Position numbers and translations under genes: made by a program. A DNA stretch of 64,000 nucleotides from a virus: positions 32,001 to 96,000 of IMG/VR virus record IMGVR_UViG_3300042862_000066, one strand, 5' to 3'. The notes beneath the pieces are model-generated. The model searched no databases and had not been told where the DNA came from. It was given only the letters and a program-made list of their open reading frames with translations. Shown in pieces: positions 59,675 through 64,000 of this stretch; the stretch's first letter is position 1; each line of letters opens with the position of its first letter.

Positions 59675-59865
59675 GAATTTTTTTTATGCTCCCGCCATTC
59701 CATATAGAATCCAATAGCTACTATAAGGTTCATACCTATAGAAGAAAGTATCTCTACTAGATCATCATAGACATTAATACTAAGGTGGATGTGCCCAACT
59801 GTCCAGAAAGGAATAGCTAGGTTAGAGGATATCCACCTTAGGGTATAGGTAATAAACTGTAGCAT
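59665..59865 (-). CDS. Small membrane protein (66 aa from MLQFIT)
   Basis: Two hydrophobic segments; ATG 7 nt downstream of TATATTTG at 59873-59880. Confidence 0.6.
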   Translation of the reverse strand: MLQFITYTLRWISSNLAIPFWTVGHIHLSINVYDDLVEILSSIGMNLIVAIGFYMEWREHKKNSCP

Positions 59866-59868
59866 CTC

Positions 59869-60540
59869 GTAACAAATATAGCGTAAAATTGTTACCACAC
59901 TATAGTATGATATAACAGTCAAAACCCCTAGTTTTTCTGGTTAATGCATAGTATAACATACTTTAATGTGGTTTATAGGGAACAAAAAACCTGGTTCTTA
60001 TACCCTCTAAGGGATGTTATCATGTGTAGAGAGTATGTCCCGTACCTTCCCGGGTACGTTTCATAGTATAGATGTCAGGATAAACCTGGCACCATTGATA
60101 TGAGATAGATGTTATAAACCACATCTGTCACAAATATGTTAAACTTTTGTGACAAGCTTGATGGGTACTGGAGGGGTACTTGTACGGTTACTTGTGCGGT
60201 ACTTAGTCGCAAGTATAGTAGACTTTTGCGACAGCTATAGTAGAAAATAATCTACAGAATGAGGCTTATAGTGGAAAATAATCCCCAAGGGGTATGCGCT
60301 AATCCGCCATTACTGGAAAATTCTAGGAGTATTGGCGAACTATAGAATGCCAAACTCCGTAACAAAACATGGACAAACTCGGAAGTTCCCCGAATTACCC
60401 CCTATAATTTTGCATGAATTTTTCCAGAAATTACATGCTCCGGCATATAAGAATACCATATACCCCATATCTATACGTAGGGACATATAAGAATGTCAAG
60501 TTTATTGCACAAAAAACTGGACATCCCTACCTAGGGACAA
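59869..60540. repeat. Dense array of heterogeneous 14-33-bp imperfect palindromes and short direct repeats
   Basis: Elements at 59869, 59941, 60041, 60073, 60126, 60206, 60240, 60305, 60412, 60493 and 60524 (see findings). Confidence 0.75.
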
Positions 60541-60710
60541 CATATCCCCAGGGGGAACTAGACAATTCACCTACCCCCGGTAGTAAGGTTCACTGGGATA
60601 CCCCCGGGGGAGAATGGAGGTAGGGGATTTATACCGTAAGAGAGGGGGTAAGGGATCCCTATTGAAAAATCCCCCAGCTTCAAAGCCAAAGGGGGCTACC
60701 CCCCTTGATT
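60540..60710. other. G/C-homopolymer palindrome block at the strand switch (terminus/pac or origin candidate)
   Basis: TCCCCAGGGGGA, CCCCCGGGGG, AGGGATCCCT, AAGGGGGCTACCCCCCTT in an AT-rich genome. Confidence 0.4.
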
Positions 60711-60729
60711 CTAAAAGACTTTGCTAAAA

Positions 60730-60751
60730 CAGTTCTCTCACATTTTATTTT
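60730..60751 (+). promoter_or_regulatory. Early-promoter-like 22-bp motif, copy 1
   Basis: CAGTTCTCTCACATTTTATTTT; ungapped match to 62338, 62433 and 63259. Confidence 0.6.
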
Positions 60752-60823
60752 ATCGTGGTAGAAAAAAAAAGCATCGGGGATGCCCATCTCTGATGGGAAT
60801 AACTAACTTAATACATTAACATC

Positions 60824-61237
60824 GTGAACAACACCATCCTTCCTGGCTTCGGCCACAAGCAAACTGTGATCAACAACCTAGTGATTGACAGTACTACTAT
60901 TAGAACGGCCTATAAGAGCCCTCTATACTATGCGTATGACCATATGATTCACTACGGTATAATGCCTGCGCATACGATGAAGCAGATGACTGCTAACCGT
61001 AAGACGTATAAGAACTACGTGATATTCGGTTGGGCAACTACGGATACAACAGTAGCAGGTAAAGTACGTGATGCAGTATTAGATGCGAAAGCAATGATAT
61101 TGGATATGGAATCTGCAAAGATTAAGATGCGTAACCCTAACTACGAACCAATCTGGTTGTCTATGGCGAAGCATCGCGAAGCAGTGCAAGAGCGTAAGAA
61201 TCGAGAGATGCTTAACAACGACGACTTGCCATTCTAA
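60824..61237 (+). CDS. Hypothetical early protein ending in SSB-like tail DDLPF
   Basis: GTG start after an AT-rich leader; C-terminus MLNNDDLPF. Confidence 0.7.
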   Translation: MNNTILPGFGHKQTVINNLVIDSTTIRTAYKSPLYYAYDHMIHYGIMPAHTMKQMTANRKTYKNYVIFGWATTDTTVAGKVRDAVLDAKAMILDMESAKIKMRNPNYEPIWLSMAKHREAVQERKNREMLNNDDLPF

Positions 61238-61249
61238 CTAACTGACAGG

Positions 61250-61283
61250 AAAGGGGCGTTATGCCCTTTTCTTTTTTAATTAA
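61250..61283 (+). terminator. Repeated hairpin-U6-AATTAA element, copy 1
   Basis: GAAAGGGGCG-TTA-TGCCCTTTTC-TTTTTT-AATTAA. Confidence 0.7.
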
Positions 61284-61298
61284 CTAATCTTAAATCCT

Positions 61299-61508
61299 AT
61301 GAAAAAAGCAGTAATGAACGATGCGGTATTCATCGCACTAATGGTATGTAATGCCTTATCAGTAACTCTTATGTATCTGTGCTTAACAGATGATAAGATA
61401 AACGAAGAGGGCCGTTGGTTCACAGCGGGTATCGGAGCAGTAACCTTCCTAATGACATGGGCCCTAGTATGGGTAGACAGAAAGGAGGCGAACGATGAAA
61501 AACGATAA
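61299..61508 (+). CDS. Small two-TM membrane protein
   Basis: Two hydrophobic segments. Confidence 0.65.
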   Translation: MKKAVMNDAVFIALMVCNALSVTLMYLCLTDDKINEEGRWFTAGIGAVTFLMTWALVWVDRKEANDEKR

Positions 61509-61611
61509 GATAGACAAAGTACTAGACCAGGTTTCCCCATTCGTTTGGGGAACCTATGGTATAGTAATGGTAATCTTTATCGTGAAGGTAATCGTATGGT
61601 TATGTAGATAA
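61495..61611 (+). CDS. 38-aa single-TM microprotein, missing from ORF track
   Basis: MKNDKIDKVLDQVSPFVWGTYGIVMVIFIVKVIVWLCR*; preceded by AAAGGAGG (61481-61488). Confidence 0.6.
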   Translation: MKNDKIDKVLDQVSPFVWGTYGIVMVIFIVKVIVWLCR

Positions 61612-61618
61612 CTAATGA

Positions 61619-61651
61619 GAAGGGGGCAATGCCCTCTTCTTTTTTAATTAA
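61619..61651 (+). terminator. Repeated hairpin-U6-AATTAA element, copy 2
   Basis: GAAGGGGGC-AAT-GCCCTCTTC-TTTTTT-AATTAA. Confidence 0.7.
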
Positions 61652-61659
61652 TAACACTT

Positions 61660-61881
61660 ATGAAAAACTTATTGAAATTCTTTAAAGCGATTACTATCAC
61701 TAGCGTAATCTACATGACCATCGTAACGGTTCCAGCATTAATCGGTTGCCTCTTCACGAGAAGCTTCTCTACATATGACAGTTGTATGGAAGCACCTGAT
61801 TACATGGCAGGAATGTCGTTCGTATCTCTAATAGGTATAATAGCCTTTTGGTTATATGATGCAGAAAGTAGAAACAACTAA
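61660..61881 (+). CDS. Small two-TM membrane protein
   Basis: Two hydrophobic segments. Confidence 0.65.
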   Translation: MKNLLKFFKAITITSVIYMTIVTVPALIGCLFTRSFSTYDSCMEAPDYMAGMSFVSLIGIIAFWLYDAESRNN

Positions 61882-61889
61882 TAACGCTT

Positions 61890-62003
61890 ATGATAACACT
61901 AATGGTATTACCTAACTTCAAGGGGAGTCTTGGAGATTGGATTAAAGCAACGATAACATGTCTAGCATTAGATGCTATATACATCGTTCCTATGTGCTTA
62001 TAA
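61890..62003 (+). CDS. 37-aa hydrophobic microprotein, missing from ORF track
   Basis: MITLMVLPNFKGSLGDWIKATITCLALDAIYIVPMCL*; fills the gap up to the next hairpin. Confidence 0.55.
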   Translation: MITLMVLPNFKGSLGDWIKATITCLALDAIYIVPMCL

Positions 62004-62006
62004 GAA

Positions 62007-62039
62007 GAGAGGGGTAATGCCCCTTTCTTTTTTAATTAA
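62007..62039 (+). terminator. Repeated hairpin-U6-AATTAA element, copy 3
   Basis: GAGAGGGGT-AAT-GCCCCTTTC-TTTTTT-AATTAA. Confidence 0.7.
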
Positions 62040-62051
62040 ATTTATAACATT

Positions 62052-62270
62052 ATGAACGAACAGAGAATCCTCATCACAGAAGATGAAGCCTTAGGGCAGA
62101 ACACAACCTTATCAGAATTGGTAAAGGCTAAGGAAGCAGAAGGTTATGTAGTCAGTCATGACTATATGCATGAAGCAGTAGGAAAGGTAGTCGTTATGAA
62201 GCATAAGTCCTTTATGGATAAACAGCTAACACATCGAGACTATGTAGAGAAAGCAAAACGTGGTTGGTAA
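62052..62270 (+). CDS. Hypothetical protein (72 aa)
   Basis: ORF with AT-rich leader followed by a terminator. Confidence 0.65.
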   Translation: MNEQRILITEDEALGQNTTLSELVKAKEAEGYVVSHDYMHEAVGKVVVMKHKSFMDKQLTHRDYVEKAKRGW

Positions 62271-62284
62271 TTCATAGGTAGAGA

Positions 62285-62314
62285 AGTAACGGGGGAAACC
62301 CTGTTGCTTTTTTT
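62285..62314 (+). terminator. Intrinsic terminator
   Basis: AGTAACGGGG-GAAA-CCCTGTTGCT-TTTTTT. Confidence 0.8.
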
Positions 62315-62337
62315 CGTGACATAAAACTATCAAAGAG

Positions 62338-62359
62338 CTGTTCTCTCCCTTCTTATTTT
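62338..62359 (+). promoter_or_regulatory. Early-promoter-like 22-bp motif, copy 2
   Basis: CTGTTCTCTCCCTTCTTATTTT. Confidence 0.55.
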
Positions 62360-62432
62360 GCCCATTCCTCGATTGAATACATAGGTTACTATCATCCGCG
62401 ATTCCTCCTCCTGACTCCTCCTACTACAACGA

Positions 62433-62454
62433 CGGTTTCCTCACATCTTATTTT
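62433..62454 (+). promoter_or_regulatory. Early-promoter-like 22-bp motif, copy 3
   Basis: CGGTTTCCTCACATCTTATTTT followed by TATGCCC. Confidence 0.6.
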
Positions 62455-62509
62455 TATGCCCTTTTCTCATTTAATTAATATTTAACCCTTAAAACATCAA
62501 GAAAACGCT

Positions 62510-62968
62510 ATGAGCACAAACAACCAAACCCTTCGCCTTGAAATCGGATTTAAAGGCCAATTCAGCAGAACTAACGAAGAGACAGGCAAGACCTACAAAA
62601 CTCGCTTCTTCTACGTGATGCCTAACAACGACCCTTTGGCTATCGAGCAGTATAAAGCCGATACAACAAAGTCGGGAAACAACGTAATTGTCGACGACGT
62701 AACGGGATTAGTCCTATTCCGTACAACACGATTCTTCCCTGCGGGTTGCGACGTCATCAGAACCAAGAACGGTGATTGGGTCGCAGACACAGACATCGTT
62801 GACGAGATCGAAGCGTTAACCAAGCGCTATCCGTCACAAGCCGAGAAATTGCAGAAGAAACTTGACGAGAAAGTCGAGAGAATCGGACGTAAGATAAAGG
62901 CGCTGAAAGGAACCGAAGAATCCGTAGAAACGACGGAAGAATCGGTAGACGTGGACCCATTCGCATAA
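62510..62968 (+). CDS. Hypothetical early protein, paralog A (acidic tail DVDPFA)
   Basis: Aligns by eye with 63357..63779 (TGK..F.Y.VM, YK, D..G..LF, T.NG.VADT). Confidence 0.75.
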   Translation: MSTNNQTLRLEIGFKGQFSRTNEETGKTYKTRFFYVMPNNDPLAIEQYKADTTKSGNNVIVDDVTGLVLFRTTRFFPAGCDVIRTKNGDWVADTDIVDEIEALTKRYPSQAEKLQKKLDEKVERIGRKIKALKGTEESVETTEESVDVDPFA

Positions 62969-62983
62969 TCACTAACTAAATCT

Positions 62984-63024
62984 GAAAACATTACGGCTAA
63001 CCCCGTGATGTTTTCTTTTTTTTT
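62984..63024 (+). terminator. Intrinsic terminator
   Basis: GAAAACATTACGG-CTAACC-CCGTGATGTTTTC-T9. Confidence 0.8.
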
Positions 63025-63258
63025 CCTCGACAAGACCAATAGTGTACCACGAGTCCTGTCATTAACCTTGTCCTAAACTGTTATCTTAACTTTATTAACC
63101 GATGCACAGACTTGTCAACGCTATTGAACTTGATTTACTATCATCACAACTCTAGGTTCTCCTCCTACCGCCGCAATTGATCGAGAAATCCTACCGGACT
63201 GGTCACTATTGGCCATCGATGAAATACCAGTATTAACGGGAAATCTTAATCTTATCTC

Positions 63259-63280
63259 CTGTTATCGCACTCCTTATTTT
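63259..63280 (+). promoter_or_regulatory. Early-promoter-like 22-bp motif, copy 4
   Basis: CTGTTATCGCACTCCTTATTTT followed by TATGCCC. Confidence 0.6.
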
Positions 63281-63356
63281 TATGCCCATCTCTTATCTAA
63301 TGCATTCCTTCCAAGTTATGCACGATAAATCATTATTAATCTTTAATTTTTAACAA

Positions 63357-63779
63357 ATGAACATTAGTTTCAGCAACAGCTACCCTAAGCGTAGCGCAAA
63401 GACAGGTAAATTGGTAGACGTATTCGTATACCACGTTATGGGCACTGCCCTAGAGTTGGCCGACTATAAAAAGGCAAAGGGCGAGCAGTATCGCGAGGAC
63501 CAAGATTCAGGACAGCCATTGTTCTATTCTGTTAACTATGTAGGCGAGAACTGCCCACTAATCATTACTACTAACGGTAATGTAGTAGCAGATACCAGTA
63601 TGATGCGCAAGGCTAACAACCTTATCGCTAGTAATTCGTTCTTAAAGGACGAAGTTTCACGTTTAATCGTGGAGCAACTAGGTCTTACCCGTATGGGCGG
63701 AGCAAGTTCTACAGTAAACAGTACTGCGACAGCGCAAGTAACTGAATCTGAGGACGTTGACCCGTTTAAGGAGGACTAA
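63357..63779 (+). CDS. Hypothetical early protein, paralog B (acidic tail EDVDPFKED)
   Basis: Paralog of 62510..62968. Confidence 0.75.
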   Translation: MNISFSNSYPKRSAKTGKLVDVFVYHVMGTALELADYKKAKGEQYREDQDSGQPLFYSVNYVGENCPLIITTNGNVVADTSMMRKANNLIASNSFLKDEVSRLIVEQLGLTRMGGASSTVNSTATAQVTESEDVDPFKED

Positions 63780-63964
63780 TTAGAGAGGCAGAGAAGGGGA
63801 CAGGCAGTCATTGTCTGTTCCCTAACCTCTTGATTATCAGTAGAAATGGCATATAGATGATGGAAGGATATAGCAATCAGGGGTGGTCGTTAACTATTCT
63901 TACTATCATCGCCATTCTCTACCTAATCAGTTTTATTTATTTATTCTTTAACACTTATACCCTT

Positions 63965-64000
63965 ATGGAAAAGAAGAATTGGATTTACATTTGTCATTAT
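63965..64000 (+). CDS. Start of next gene (partial, MEKKNWIYICHY...)
   Basis: ATG after an AT-rich leader; open to the window end. Confidence 0.4.
   Translation, partial: MEKKNWIYICHY

Noticed and set aside
59869-60540. Palindrome array as CRISPR or tRNA cluster
   Set aside because: No constant repeat with regular spacers; no cloverleaf with T-loop GTTCRA.
60414-60623. 69-aa plus-strand ORF in the divergent region
   Set aside because: Runs through palindromes and G/C runs, lacks the typical leader, and lies upstream of the first early promoter motif; likely spurious.
63190-63240. Possible hammerhead-like ribozyme (GATGAAA with flanking stems)
   Set aside because: The CUGAnGA core is absent on both strands; only a small hairpin is supported.
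1-64000. Stop-codon reassignment (known in some crAss-like phages)
   Set aside because: Genes are full length in the standard code; TAG terminates portal and the FN3 gene and TGA terminates others at sensible positions.

Overview
64 kb of a crAss-like (Crassvirales-type) phage that probably infects a Bacteroidota host: TAnnTTTG/TTG-N19 promoters are present, Shine-Dalgarno sites are almost absent, and the genetic code is standard. From 1 to ~59.9 kb all genes lie on the minus strand and form the virion module. In transcription order it contains GroES, head-fibre-like genes, HU-like/Zn-finger/nuclease genes, TerL, portal, scaffold, major capsid protein, a cluster of basic microproteins, ring proteins, ferritin, auxiliary capsid protein, Cys-rich/FN3/VWA tail appendage proteins, muzzle and giant cargo proteins. 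From ~60.8 kb a divergent plus-strand arm encodes small early-type proteins. The most unusual parts are non-coding or tiny. (1) A ~0.85 kb divergent region is packed with many different operator-sized palindromes, including a covarying GTnRCAA-N13-TTGYnAC family; it is a candidate DNA decoy array next to a G/C-run terminus-like block. (2) A 22-bp motif occurs four times in front of early genes (candidate virion-RNAP promoter). (3) Covarying hairpin cassettes separate early genes. (4) A 3'-UTR hairpin has a loop antisense to the groES leader and other AAACCAA leaders. (5) An AAGTTTAAACTT operator sits at three late promoters. (6) A 19-aa minigene copies a fibre N-terminal anchor helix. (7) Three early proteins end in SSB-tail-like motifs. 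Protein calls come from motif recognition and synteny by eye; no database searches were run.
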